Source: Azolla caroliniana (taxonomy: Eukaryota > Plantae > Polypodiophyta). From it: DNA of 64,000 bases. Positions 1 to 13,600 of the stretch are shown one piece after another. The translations under genes were made by a program, and so were the position numbers. Position 1 is the first letter of the stretch. Each line of letters begins with the position of its first letter. The stretch covers positions 4,526,001 to 4,590,000 of the forward strand of contig JBHGNT010000022.1 in assembly GCA_043228905.1 (NCBI GenBank). The letters are read 5' to 3'. The notes under the pieces are model-generated. The model made no database searches. It was not told the DNA's origin and saw only the letters and a list, made by a program, of their open reading frames with translations.

Positions 1-162
1 CATGAGTGCCAAGTGTCACCCATGCATGAGTCCCAAGTGTCACCCATGCATAATAGGCACCTACATTTGTGGGTAATAGCTTTAATAGCTTTAATAGCTT
101 TTATAGCTCTAATTGCTTTTATAACTCTAATAGCTTTAATAGCTTTAATAACTCTAATAGCT
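1..162. repeat. Short tandem repeats: 24-bp unit x2 and 9-bp (TTAATAGCT)n array
   Basis: catgagt(g/c)ccaagtgtcacccatg twice at 1-48; ttaatagct-like units from about 74 to 162. Confidence 0.8.
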
Positions 163-429
163 GATAGTGATAATAATAAGTGTGTTAATAATAGGTATTT
201 AGCTTTAAAAGTCGATATTTCATCTTCTTCATCAACAATTTCAGCTAACACACTTGGATCTATTTGATCGAGAAAAGAGTGAAGTCTTCTCGTGCTTCTG
301 GAACCTAAAGAGTCATGTTGAATGAGAAACTAGAAGAAAGATCAAGTGTCAAAGATCGGATGGCGGAAAAGGATATTTTTTCGACAAGTTCACAAGTTAT
401 CTACAGACCAAGGGAATCCAAAGAGAGTT

Positions 430-3199
430 CTCCTATAGATACACGCCGGAGCAGAATGACATAGCTGAATGTCGGAATCAGACATTAGTAGAAGTGGCGA
501 GGGCATTGTTGGAGGAGAAGAACATGCCCTGGATATATTGGGCCGACACAATTCAGACAACTGTCTACATACTGAAGCGGTTTCTGTCTCCAGGACAAAG
601 GTGTCACCGCATGAATTGTATTTCGAGCGGAAGCCGAAGTTGGCACACCTTTAGGTATTTGGTAGCATTGCATACGTGCATGTGCCGGATGACAAGCAAA
701 AGAAGTTGGATGCCAAGGCCGAGAAGTGCATCTTGGTTGGCCACTCTGATAAGCAGAAGGGGTACAAGTGCTACAACCCCCGATCAAAGCAAGTTCGAGT
801 TAGCCACGATGTGAACCACCCAAACCCGAGCCGATTGTTGTGAACGAGGAGACGGATTCCGGAACAGAGGAAAGCATAGCAGGATCTGATAAGCTGGATA
901 GTCCGACTTCCCTCCGGATCAATGGACCGAATCTGGACTGGTTGAACTAGAGTGGCCAACCGAATAACGAGCTGACAAGTAGCGAAGACTCAGTCGTGCT
1001 CTCACAACGCAAGGAATCGAGGAGACGGTTCACACGCAAAGAGAAGGGGAAGACAAAGATGCCGAAATATGACACCAATAGAGGCGAGTTGGATCGAAGC
1101 AAATCCGACTCCTAGAAGCAAGAAGATGGACCTCTGGAGAAGAGGTCGGAGTTGTCCAAGAGAGCCATCAAATCGGCAGAGTAGAAATTGCGTTGATCTA
1201 CCCGCCAGAAGCACCTCGTAGTTCGGTATGGATATAATGACTATATGGCGCACCATTATGCGTATGTCATGGTGAAGGTGGCAGTTGTGCGGAGCCGGAG
1301 AGCTACTCAGAAGTGGCTACGGACCCGAACTAGCAAATGGCCATGGAGGAAGAGATGTACACACTCATGGAAAATGAGATGTGGGACTTGGTTGATGTAC
1401 TGAAAGGAGTAAAGTCAATCGGTTGACGGTGGGTGTATAAAGTCAAATAGAATGTTGACGACCCTGTTAATCGGTACAAGGCCCCACTAGTGGTAAACGG
1501 CTATGCGCAACAGCACGACATCGATTACGATGAGATGTTGACACCGGTCACAAAGATGACGACCTTCTGTGTCTTGCTTGTAGTGGTAGCGGCGAAGGGG
1601 TGGCATCTACATCAGATGGATGTGAAAAACGCGTTTCTACAAGGTGATCTTGAGGAACAAGTGTATATGATTCAGCCCCTCGGTTTTCAGTCTGATATGA
1701 ATACGTCGACCGTTTGTCAACTGAAGAAGTCCATATACGGACTCAAGTAGACCCCATGAGCATGGAACGCAAAAATCACGTAGAGACTGCGTTGGATGGG
1801 GTTTGCGTCATCAAAATCAGACTCTTCACTCTTCATCTGGTAGGGTTAGAATGGGCCAGTGAGCATTTTGTTCTATATGGATGACCTTCATTGCTGGAGC
1901 CCACCTAGAAGAAATCAACCGCGTCAAGTCCAAACTCGTGACATCCTTTGAAATGAAGGATCTTGGTGATTTTCATTACTTCATAGGTATCGAACTGATC
2001 CACACCCCTGAAGGCATACTGATCAGCTAGTGACATTATGTGACGAGTATGCTCTTCAAGTTTGGAATGACGGAATGTAAATCCGTCTCAACTCCTCTAG
2101 ATAGGAATGTGAAGCTTTGCCCCGACTCTAGAACAACATGCGACCCGAAACGGTTCCGGTAGATCGTCAGAAGCTGTATCTACTTCACCATCACCCGGCT
2201 TGACCTCAACTATTTGGTTGGCTTGATCAGTTAATTTATGGCACATCCGAATGTCGGGCACCTTCAATGCGCACAACAAATACTATACATATGTCAGTGG
2301 GTAAGGACAGGGGATTGTTGTATCCGGTCTGTATAGCCGGACAACTTGTTGACTATACATATGCCGATTGGGCCGGAAACACCGGCAACCGTAGGTCAAC
2401 ATCCGGATTCACGTTTTCACTTGGAAGCGGTTATTAAAGGATCTGTAGGTGGAGGTGTTTGATCCAACGACAATCTATTGTGACAACTTCAACAACATCC
2501 AACTTGGGAAGAACCCTATCTTCCACATTTGGACAAAGTAGATTGAGGTGCATTACCATTTTGTCCAAGAATGATTCCTTTGTGGTGAAGTCAAACTAGT
2601 GTATGTTCCGACCAATCGGCAGACTACCGATATCTTCACCAAAACTCTTAACCTGGACACCTTGCTAGAATTTTCGGGCATGCTTGGTCTCCAACACCTT
2701 GATATGCCAAACTTGAGGGGGAGAGACAAAGCCGAATAGGAGGAGAGAGACATGATGTCCAGAAAGCCGAATCGGATGACAAATTCCAGAAAGCCAGAAA
2801 GTCAAAATGTTTGAATCGGTTGAAGAAGTCGAGGAAGAATGGACATGTGTAGGAAGATTTGAAAAGTGGAGACTAGTCAGACACAGGGGGAGCAACCACA
2901 AGGGAAAGACAAAACCGGAGCCAATAGAAGCGAAGGGTAGAAAAGGTGAGAAGGGCATGAGAGGCGGCAAAGTTGGGAAGGACAATGCCGACCAAGCGAT
3001 GGCCAAGAACAAAACATGGGTAGATGTAGTCAAGGGCCGAGAAGAGGACGAATAGGAGACAATCAACTGAATCAAGAGTCGAAGTGAATCAGAAGCAGCC
3101 GATCCAATTGGAATGTTCAATTCGAAGGAGCCGAATCAATTGGTGAGGTGGACAAGGAGGCAGCCGAAGCTGACACCGACACAGAGGAGTAGACGGGTC
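430..3199 (+). mobile_element. Degenerate Ty1/copia internal fragment (integrase C-term, RT, RNase H, 3' extension), same family as the element at 42157-48555; no LTRs seen
   Basis: ARALLEEKNMP..YWA; GWHLHQMDVKNAFLQGDLEEQVYM; IEVHYHF; many stops and frameshifts; colinear with 45290-47940. Confidence 0.9.
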
Positions 3200-3533
3200 G
3201 AGGGTAGCCTAATATATCTAACCATCACCCGACCCGACCTTAGCTATTTGGTCAGCGTGATAAGTCAATTCATGCAGAGACTGACTATCGAGCATCTTCA
3301 GTGTTCACATTCAATTTTGCAATATGTGCGAGGCACGAAGGATCGAGGATTGTTGTACTGACATGACATAGCCGAACATCTAGTCGTCTATATTGATGCC
3401 AACTGGGCCGGAGATGCCACGGATCGACGGTCAACATCAGGTTTCATGTTCTCACTTGGGAGCACGGTTGTAGCCTGGAGTAGCAAGAATTAGCCGACAA
3501 TGACCTTGTGAAGCACCGAAGCTGAGTATCGAG
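3200..3533 (+). mobile_element. Second copia RT/RNase H fragment of the same family, fused to the previous one
   Basis: GSLIYLTITRPDLSYLVSVISQFMQ...DANWAGDATDRRSTSG repeats the region already present at about 2160-2430. Confidence 0.8.
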
Positions 3534-4377
3534 ACGTCAGTGTTATTTTGAGTCCAAACATCATGACCATTGCAACAAACACTCCCCATTCCTTCACGAA
3601 CGTCGTCTTTTCCTGGTCCTCTGGATGCATCCGGATTTGATTATACCCGCAGAAACTGTAAACTTCGTGTCTAGCTACTGCATCAAATATGCCATCTGTA
3701 AATGGTAGCGGAAAGGCATTTGTCACCGTGGCTGCATTAAGTTTCCAGTAGTCGACACAAACCCGGATTTTTCCATTCTTCTTGGGTACCACTAATATCG
3801 GGCTTAACCATGTTGTCTGCTTCACCGGCCGAATAAAACCCACTATCGGCAATTTATCAATTTCCTCTTTCACCTTCACTGCATAATTAGGGTTCATCAG
3901 ATAACGTCTCTACGCTACTGGTTTGGCATCCTTACTGAGATGGATCTGATGTTGATACAACTGGGGGTCCAAGCCTCGCATATCTTCGTAAGACCATGCA
4001 AAAACATCCCGTAATTCTTTAAGTAGCTCGATCATTGCCGTTTTCTTTCGGGTGTAATTTCCTTTGCCACGTGTACTGGACTCAACACCTCACTTGTCCC
4101 GAGGTCGACCTCGTCCAATTGGGATGCTTTTACTCGTTGGGATATGGCCATCTCTCACTCCAACAACTCTTGCGCCTACCGAAGTTCCTTGATCGCCTCT
4201 CAATCCGGTTCGTCGAATCCGTCCTCTCGGTGTGCAATGTACGGCGTGATGACTTTGGCTACATCCATCTCGAATAGTGGTACGATCTTGGGATGTTCAT
4301 CTAAGTACTAGTTGATTTCTTCAGTTGCCAATCCGTCCATCATATTGATACTTTCCACATATAGTGGCGTCAGCTGT
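3534..4377 (-). mobile_element. Non-chromovirus Ty3/gypsy A1, 3' piece (protease-RT linker and RT), truncated
   Basis: MNPNYAVKVKEEIDKL..WLSPILVVPKKNGKIRVCVDY; continues the pol frame interrupted at 17283. Confidence 0.85.
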
Positions 4378-4665
4378 TGAGGGACAGATATGCGCGAAAA
4401 CGTACCTGAGAACCTATTGGTTGTGCTCAGCAAACAACACAAAAGGAGGGCAAGAAGATATAGACAGATGATAGACACACAAATGAAGCTTTAATGGAAG
4501 CTCTCTTTATTTCTATTGTCTCTCTCTCGATGAGACTCTATGTACAAGATGGTCAAGCATTTTCTTAATACAATGTTAGGTTATCACTTATATATTAAGC
4601 CCTAACTATTTGGACGAGGTCACACTAGGATACAAGGTGGAAGGAGTCGGCCTTTTATGCCAACA
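4378..4665 (-). repeat. 3' LTR of the copia element 4378-17282
   Basis: Homologous to 16997-17282; preceded on the minus strand by PPT ggggagtt. Confidence 0.85.
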
Positions 4666-5330
4666 AACTCCCCCGTGAAAGGACTACTCTTTCCTACATG
4701 TACATTTGTTTGGGGTTATCTCCCCGTGAACATAGATTACAAAACTAATCTAAGTTTATGTTACAAGTCGGTCGGCATATAGCCGAGTCGGCAGAGGTGA
4801 GGTCTATGTCGAGCCTAGCCTGGCTCATTATCATGATTGATTCGGTCAACTCTTACCTTCTATTCGTCATTCGGCTTTATTCTACTCGGTTGCTTCTCAT
4901 AGTCCCATCTATGTCCTTAGTGCTCCGAAGTGTTGATTTGGGAGTGGCTTCGTCAGGCAATCAACGATATTCACCTCGGTGTCGATCTTCCGGACTTCGA
5001 CCTTTTTCTCAGTTATGAGCTCCCATATGTGATGATACCGCACCTCAATATGCTTTGTCTTCACCTGATAGACATGATTGTTGATGAGGTGAATTTCTCT
5101 TTGTGAGTCGTAGTAGATGGTCGACGATGGTCAGTCGATTCGGCTTGTAGCTAGACAGTGCAGCCAAATCACTTCCTTCGCTGCCTCCAATGTTGCTATG
5201 TACTCGGCCTTTGTGGTCGACAAGGCCGTGCACTCTTGAAGCTTTGACCTCCATAATATAGCCCCGCCACCATAGGTGAAAATATAGCTTGATGTTGACT
5301 TCTGATTGTCCGTATTTCCGATATAGTAGT

Positions 5331-5813
5331 TGTTGAGACTTGTGGGTAGGAGATAGAGTGAGAACGAGAGCGATAGCGAAAGAGAGAGGTTGTGTGTGTG
5401 TGCGTGAGAGAGAGAGTGAGAGAGAGAGAGAGAGGAATTGAAATAGAAACGACATTATATTATGATGAAACAAGATTACAATGAGTAGGCTAAGGGCTAA
5501 AGATTGGTGTTGAACCAAATGAGTTGAAATGAATGTATGGACACTTATTTATAGATCCTTATAGAGTATTCTAGAATGTTCTAGAATATTTTAGATTTTT
5601 ATGATAAGAAATATAATCATGAAATATTAAACATTGTTCTAGAATAATCTAGAGTGTTCTAGAATATTCTAATATCTCGTAATAACTAAAAATATAATTA
5701 TTATAATCACACAACATATCTGTTATTACAATGGTTAAGGGTTCAACACATAGACCAAGAAGTCGTGGGTTCTATATCGATTCTTGATAAGCCAAAATGT
5801 TGTCTTCATGACA
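5331..5813 (-). repeat. 3' LTR of chromovirus B1
   Basis: Starts TGTCATG after PPT aaaggggggataa; similar to LTR 33344-33801; TATA tataaata at 5553-5546; left boundary approximate. Confidence 0.8.
5568..5671. promoter_or_regulatory. Heat-shock-element arrays (TTCnnGAAnnTTCnnGAA) in U3 of the B1 LTR
   Basis: ttctagaatgttctagaa 5569-5586; ttctagaataatctagagtgttctagaatattc 5637-5669. Confidence 0.65.
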
Positions 5814-8800
5814 TTATCCCCCCTTTCGATGACGAGTTCCAAGAGTCGGAAGACAAGAGTTCGGACTTGGTTTATGGGGATATTTATCGTGAAATGCAAC
5901 AACCATGTCGGAGGCATTAGCAAGATGCTCGGCAAGCTCCAATGTTCGATCATTAGGTGTATAACCTAACCAATGAACCAAATAATATAGTTTGTTGTAG
6001 ATGATCTTGGAGTCAAGAATGGTAGCAACCTCATATTCAGAGCCATTGGAAACTTCGATTGGAGCTGGGGGAAGTGTAAGAAGACCCGGAATAGAGCTTT
6101 TATGTGTAGGGCTCCAAAAGTGAAACATGAAAGACCGGGTGAAGACGCATATGAGGAGGGAGATCAAGATGAAATGTCACATCATTGATCTTACCAAAGA
6201 TCACATATGGGCCGAAACATTAATAATCCAATTTGTAGCAAGGTCGGGTGGTTTTAATGCTACCTTATAAGAGCCATACACCATCTCCTACTTGAAACGT
6301 AGTCGATGAATCACGCCGATGACGATCAACAATCTTCTTTTGAGTGTTTTGGGCATCACATAAATGATACAAAAGTATATCCTGAACTTCTTGGAGTCGA
6401 GTGAGCCGATCTTTAGCAGCCAAGGTTTTCGGGAGTTCGGGATGTTCAAGCATCGTCCAACGAGGATGGTACCCAATGTTAGCAAAAATTGGGGAATATA
6501 CAGTAGAAGAATGTTCGGAGTTGTTGTAAGAAAATTCCGCCAAATGTAATAAATCCACCCAATCATCTTGTTGATAGTTGACAAAACAACGTAGATATTC
6601 TTCGACTATTTCGTTGGTGCGCTCACTCTACCCATTAGTCTCTGGATGGTAGCCGGAAGAGAGTTTACAAGAAGTATGTAAGAGTTTGAACATGTGCCGC
6701 CAAAATTTCGAGATGAATTGGAGACCCGGATCACTGATAATATCATCTGGAAGACCATGACGGCGAAACACCTCCCGCATGAGTAAATCGGTTGTCTCTT
6801 GACTAGTAATGGTCTTCATGCATGGAAGGAAATGCGCCATCTTCGTAAAACGATCGACTACCGTGAGAATAGAATCAAATCCCTTGGAAGGTGGAAAATC
6901 TGTAATAAAGTCCAAGGAAATAGATTTCCATGGGCTCTCCGGAATAGGCATTGGTTGTAATAGGCCATATGGATGATGTTGAGGCTTTTTTGATCGGCAA
7001 CATGTATCACAACAACGAACATAATCCATAACAAAATGGCAAAGACGTGGCCACCAATATCGGCAAGAAACCAACTCAAAATTCTTGTGGATGCCAAAAT
7101 GTCCAGCCATTGGCGTGTCATGACATTGTTTCACGACTTTGAGTCGACACATACAAGAGAGTTTGTCGAAAAAGCAAACCATCATGCCAACTGAACTAGT
7201 TGTACTCTAGACGAGGATTTTGAGATTGGGAGTTGGATGCACGATATGGGATAATATGACTCAAAACCTCTTGGGTGAATGCATCGGTCGCAATTTGCTC
7301 CCGAATGGAATCAAGAAGCCTTGAATCTCCCGGTGTGTTAATAGTATGTATTGCCATTACTCTAGACGAGGATTTTCTTTTGACTTTCAAATGCGGCCTC
7401 TCCTTGTTGAAGTTCCATATACGAACGTCAAGATAAAGCATTTGCTTTTCCTTGTTGCATCCCAGGGTGATATAGAATTACAAAATCAAAACAAGTTAAG
7501 AACTGCGCCCAACGAGCTTGTCGACGATTCAAAACTCGAGCACTTTGGAAGTATGTTAGACTTTTGTGATCATTGTAGACAATAATCTGTTGAGAAGAAC
7601 CCTCCAAAAAATGACACCATTGTTGAAAAGAATCCACAATGGCAAGAAGCTCTTTGTCGTGAATCTCATAATTGATTTCTGTGGCGTCAAATTTCCGTGA
7701 GTGAAAAGCCACAGGGTACAGTTCGCCATCTTCGCCAATTTGGGATAGTACGCTTCCGAGTGCGATATCAAATGCATCAGCTTCAAGTATAAAGCACCTC
7801 ATTGGATCGACATGCATTAAAATTGGTGCAGATGTAAACGCTTGCTTTAAACCCTCAAATGCAGAGTTCGCATCTATATCCCATACAAATGGTTGATTCT
7901 TGCATGTTAGTTGAGTGAGGGGCAATACAATCTTTGAATAATCTTTGATGAACTTGTGATAAAATTTTGCAAACCCCAAAAAACATTGTACATCTCGCAC
8001 TGACTGTGGTGTTTGCCAATCCAAAATTGTTTGAACCTTTGATGGTTCCATAGAGATGCCATTTGAAGAGACTATGTACCCCAAAAATTCCACTTGACAC
8101 TGGTCAAAACTACACTTCTCCAATTTTACATAGAGACCATACTCTCGTAACCATTTCAAAACTTGGTGAACATGTATCTCATGCTCTAATTGAGTTTTTG
8201 AGTAGATCAAGATATCATCTAGGAAAACTATGATGAAGATATCGAGGAAGTCTCGAAAAATGTCATTCGTGAGACCAAATGACATCACTGTAAACTCAAA
8301 ATTACCATAGCGAGTGCGGAACACGGTCTTCCATTCATCTCCAGGACGTATTAGAACAAGGTTGTAGGCACCTCGAAGATCTAACTTCGTGAAATACTTT
8401 GGTCCACTAAGGCGTTCTAGAAGGCTTGAGATCAATGGTAGATCATATTGGTTTCTAATAGTCACTTTATTCAAGCCCCGATAATCCACGACCATACGAA
8501 GCATACGATCTTTCTTCTTAATGAAAAAGATGGGTGCACCAGGAGGAGATCTTGAATGTTGGATAAAACCATTTGCTAGGTTCTCATCGATATATTCTCA
8601 AAGAACCTTTAACTCCGTGGGCGAATGGTTATAAATTGGCCCCCATGGAGGCTCTTTTCCTGGCTACAAATCAATTGGGCAATCATATGGTCAATGCTCT
8701 GGTAATCTATGAGCCTTCACCTTATCAAACAAATCGGAGAATTCTATGTACTTCTTTGGTAATTGGACCCCCAATTCTTGTGAGCTAGATGAGGGATTTG

Positions 8801-9347
8801 CTAAAACCGCAGACACCATCATTTCTTCCTTCCTTCCATCCTCTCGTAATTGATGTATAGAGATTGTTGAAATCGTGTGGGATCCTAGATCCTTTGTTGG
8901 ATTTTCAAGAGACTCGGACTATACTGTGACTTCTTCAATAGTTCTTTTTCTCCAATCAATAGTTGTGTTATGTAACGCAAACCAAGGAAGACCAAAAACT
9001 AGAGAGTGCTCTGGACAACTAATGATGTTGAATGAGATGATACTAGCCAAATTACCTAGGACTACACGCATTGGTTCAGACTCTTCAACTATATCACCTG
9101 ATGTTATAGGGCGACCATCAATGACTTCTACAGCTACTGGGTTCGGGAGCTTCTTCAAGATGATGTTTTGGGTCAATGCAAACTCGTGATCCATGAAACA
9201 AGAATTGGCCCCAGAATCTAGGAGGGTAGAGGCTAGTACTCAATGACCTGTAGATGTGCTAAGCTCGAATTGTGCAAAAAAAACTCTACTAACTTGATTT
9301 GATGAAATGGAACCACAACTAGATACTGACTCTACATATCTAGGATG

Positions 9348-9392
9348 GTCCAACCAAATGGCTTCTATTTTGGCCGGAATTATTCGTTTAAC
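9348..9392 (-). other. Putative -1 ribosomal frameshift signal, gag/pol junction of B1
   Basis: G TTA AAC GAA TAA followed by stem CCGGCCAAA/TTTGGTTGG; pol lies in the -1 frame. Confidence 0.6.
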
Positions 9393-10193
9393 ACATCCTC
9401 TAATTGGCTCAAGACATCAAATCTATTCTCATGGCATGGGTTATTAGGCTTAGTAGTTAAGTTATTAGAAGTGATAGTAGAACTCGAGGTAGGGTTGTCA
9501 TGTGCACTTACTTGGTAAACTTGACGTTTGGGTTTATGTGGACAATTCACAGCAATATGTCATGGACCACCACAATAGAGGCATAGGCGATGCGCCCGAC
9601 GTTGTCGTTTCTCAGCATCTGATAAAGGCCCTCGATGTTATGTTGACTCTATTTCCATCGGCGTGGGACCGTCCCTCATAACGGGTCTGGGAACTTGTGA
9701 TGGTGTTGTGACTATTGAAGCATACGTTTGTTCCGGTTGGCAGCGTAACATTTGTTGACGTTCAAAACGTCGCTCAAATAGGCGATTATCACATTGCACA
9801 ACTCAACTAATGGTCTCTGTAAGAGACTTTGGATCTTCGTGCAAAGTACGAAGAAGATCTTTGACATCGTTACGCAAACCCTGACGAAATTGATCCATTA
9901 AGACTGCCTCATCCCTAGGGATGTCACATGCCAAGAGACGGAAATCTATTGCGTAGGTTGAAGCGGAAGGATCTCCTTGTCGGATTCTTCGAATCTTGTT
10001 TATTTTCGTTCTAGTGCTATCGGTGTCTCCAAAACTAGCTTGAAACTCTTTAACGAATGCCTCGAAATCCTCCAACAATGGTGATTTCTTCTCTAGAAGT
10101 GGTGCAAACCATGCTAATGTTGTACCGCTTAGCAAGGTTCCTATTAATCCCACACGAGCAGCATCAGTTGGGTACCGATTGGGATGTAACTGA

Positions 10194-10665
10194 TGTTGTC
10201 CGCTGGAATAGTAACCGATGGGCAGGACCGCAGAAATATAGAATATAGTAAAAACATAACACATGTAACGGGTCACGCGGGAAGTGTGAACGACTAAAAG
10301 ACCCTCTGTATATAAAGGACAAAAATCCTCTATAAGAGGTAGCGTGTAAATTTTGGTGCAGAGAGCGTATCTTAATAGATTTTTATCTTCTCTGATCCCC
10401 TGTGCATATCTGTAGTTAATATATTGTGTGTCTGTGATTCTTGGTGGCGTATTGTAATCGTAAGAAGTGTAGGCGTGAGTACGAGTGTCGTTACTAAGTG
10501 CATTGTCTAGGGAGTTCGGTTGTAGCCATCTCTCTTATACTCTACTAGGATACGGAGAGATATCCCATTACGTATTACGGTACGATGGTACCATTCGTGG
10601 CAACGCCGTCACCTTGAGGTCTAGGTCGAAGGACTAATTGAAGACCGTGTTCCTAATCGGTAACA
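10194..10665 (+). repeat. 5' LTR of gypsy A2
   Basis: tgttgtcc...ggtaaca; TATA about 10309; homologous to solo LTR 35331-35766. Confidence 0.8.
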
Positions 10666-13600
10666 CTTTTGGCACGCTTGGTGCTCTGTGTCTTCTCACA
10701 AACGAACATCGATGAATGGATGTTTAGCCGCAGACGTCCCAGAGAACCAACATGACAAGACCGACCAATCACAAGGTCCATCACACGCCAGGCAGAGGAA
10801 CGCGCACGGCAAAAACCTCACCTCAATGACCTTAGTGATACCTGTCGGGACCACAAAGACGATTTCCCGCTCACCAAATACCCCGGCGACAAGCAGGAAG
10901 TTCACTCACCACACAAGCACGGTGCTCTTTTACTGCCCGTTGTAGCGTCCAACATGGCCTTCTCTTATCCCTGCTTCAACGACGAAATAGACGCCGCAAC
11001 CCACATTCGCCTGTTCCTAAACATCTGGAATGAAAATCACATGGCAGAGAGACTTCCCGAAGAAGTCGCGCACCAGTCCAAAATGACAGAGTTCGGATTA
11101 ACTCTGGATGGGAGAGTGGTGTTTTGGCATTCGCAGATGGATCTGCCCGCAATCACGACCTTCAACCAGCTGCAGTCGTCCTTTTTACGTTTCTTTCATC
11201 AGAGGGTGCCGCAACGTGAAATCCTCGGGCAGTTTTATACAATTAAATAGTTGCTAGCCAAGACGGAAATTAGAACGGGGCCCGACGGAGGATGAGGCTC
11301 GGGAGACATTCCTGGCAGCTCTACGATGACCGATACGGACGACGCTCAACAACAATAGCGTGAAAGGAGAGACGGCCGACATGGTCATAGAACGAGCGCT
11401 ACAGCTCGAGCTGGACGAAGAAGAGGAAAGGTTTTCCATGTCCTCATTACGGCAAGCATTACCCCAAGACGAGGAACGACATTTTCGCCAGGCAATCCAG
11501 TGCACGATTTGCTTGAATTTTGGGCATTCCATAGTCGAATGCAACATGTGAATCCATTGCCCAATCTGTCACTCGAAAGCAAACACGGTCGAGAAATGTG
11601 AGTACAATATGTTGAACAGATCCACACCCATAGTACGAAGCGTGGAAACAGCGCCCCCCTCGCCATAATGAGCAAAGGCGCCAAGAAGAACGACCCCGGT
11701 GTATGGATCAGAACCCACGAGATGAGCGGCACTACCAGAATCACCGGAATAACAATGATTCCGAGGAAGACGAGCCGGAGGATGAAGACTACCATGGCAA
11801 CCACAAAAATACTAAAGGGGACCGACCGGCAAGGGGCCCACCGTCAATATGATTACAACGGAAGTGCAGCAAGTCACGACACGACAACAAACAAAAAATG
11901 TTGATTGGGCCGCGCAAGATGAGATACGTCAAACAGCCCAAGGATGGGTTGAAAAAGCAGACGCGGCAAATACGGAATGCATGCAGAAGGAGTTCGCAAA
12001 CACTATGGAGCCTTCGGAGGAAGATGTAATATCTCCGGATCCCATATGGCAAGCACTGGCAGGCTGTGAGATAACGCTAACCATGGAGAAGTTACTTCAA
12101 CTAGTTCCACGATTCCACTAGGCCGTGGAGGATCGTATAACAGGCAGACCTAGGGTAAGCGTCTCCGCCAATTTTACGGACATCAGCGCCAGACCAATAG
12201 TGGTGGATCACCACAATCCGGCTATTAAGTTGATATTACACAATCAGGAAATCACAAGATGCGTAATCGATGACGGCTCTAGCGTCAATGTAATTAGCAT
12301 GAAGACATGCGAACAATTGGGAATTTCAGAATGGGAAGCTTGCCCGTTTTGGCTTCGCATGGCAGATACCTGCTCAGTACGACCATTGGAATTAATACGC
12401 AAGTTAGGCATTATTGTTGGAGGACATCGCTTCGATGTCTCGGTAGTAGTCCTCGCCCTTGACGCCCTAGGAGCGTAACCTATGATGTTGGGCAAACCGT
12501 GGCTTCATTCAGCGAATATCAAGCAGAGCTGGCAACATAAGTGCATCAGCTTTTGATGCGGATGCACCAAGGTTCGCGTACCAACAGAGGAAATGGCGGC
12601 ACAACCCAAGGGCATAACACCGTTATACGCGGACGATATAAATATGTTGGCTAGGGTGGATGATACAGAATTAAAAGTATACCTAGACGAGCACCCCCGG
12701 ATCATTCTGCTATTCGAAATCGACGTCATAAAAACCACGGCGGAGTATGCCACGCCCGCTGCGCTCCACGATGAGGCTTACGAACCAAACCCAAAGTCAA
12801 TATTAGAACTAAGCAGAGCACGAGCAACGTTCGAGAGGGAAATGGAAATTTCACGACGAGTCACTGCCTCAACCTTAGAAGAAGTAAACGTGGGTACGAC
12901 GTCAGAACCCCGATTCCTCTCCATCGCAAAAGAATTACTGTTGGATCAGAGAGACATGATGATAGAACTACTCAGGAAGTATAAAGATGTGTTCGCCTGG
13001 TCCCACGAGGATATGAAGGGGTTAGATCCGAAGTTCTATCAACATAAGATCAATTTAGCGACCGATGCGGAACCGGTCCAACAGCGTCGATACCGCATGA
13101 ACCCAAACTACGCGGCTCGCATAAAAGAAGAAATTGGCAAACTCCTCAAGGCCGGATTCATTCGACCAGTCAAACAAGCTACATGGTTAAGCCCGATAGT
13201 AGTAGTACCAAAGAAAAATGGCCAAATACATGTATGCGTGGACTACCAGAAATTGAACGTCGTAACCATTACCGACACATTCCCTTTACTGTTCACCAAC
13301 AGCGTACTGGACGCCGTCGCAGGGCATGACATGTATAGCTTTTTAGATGGCTTCAGTGGGTACAATCAAGTACGCATGCATCCCGACGACCAAGAGAAGA
13401 CGGCGTTTGTCATGGACTAGGGAGTCTATGTCGCAGTCGTCATGATGTTTGGGCTAAAGACGGCGCCGGCTACATTTCAACGGACAATCACGAAGATTTT
13501 TGGGAAATATATATCAGCCTTCATGTAGGTTTTTTTAGATGATTTTGCGATATATGGGACAACAGCCGACCATTTCTCGCATCTACAGCTTTGCCTGGAG

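Larger units (their letters stand above)
5331..10193 (-). mobile_element. Chromovirus (Ty3/gypsy with chromodomain; Tcn1/Tf1-sushi-like) family B copy 1; 5' end lost
   Basis: gag 9803-10190; protease LLDSGANSCF; RT/RH 7428-8504 (FRTRYG..FLDDILIYS..NYEIHDKELLAI); integrase 6628-7185; chromodomain EYEVATILDSK..YLVHWLGY 5814-6167; PPT 5814-5826; 3' LTR 5331-5813. Confidence 0.9.

Noticed and set aside
13-267. 84-aa ORF with a hydrophobic IAL repeat resembling a membrane peptide
   Set aside because: Translation of a 9-bp microsatellite; no other gene evidence
4370-4377. TSD for the copia element 4378-17282
   Set aside because: Flanks GCTGT versus ACTAC do not match convincingly; nesting is supported only by flank colinearity
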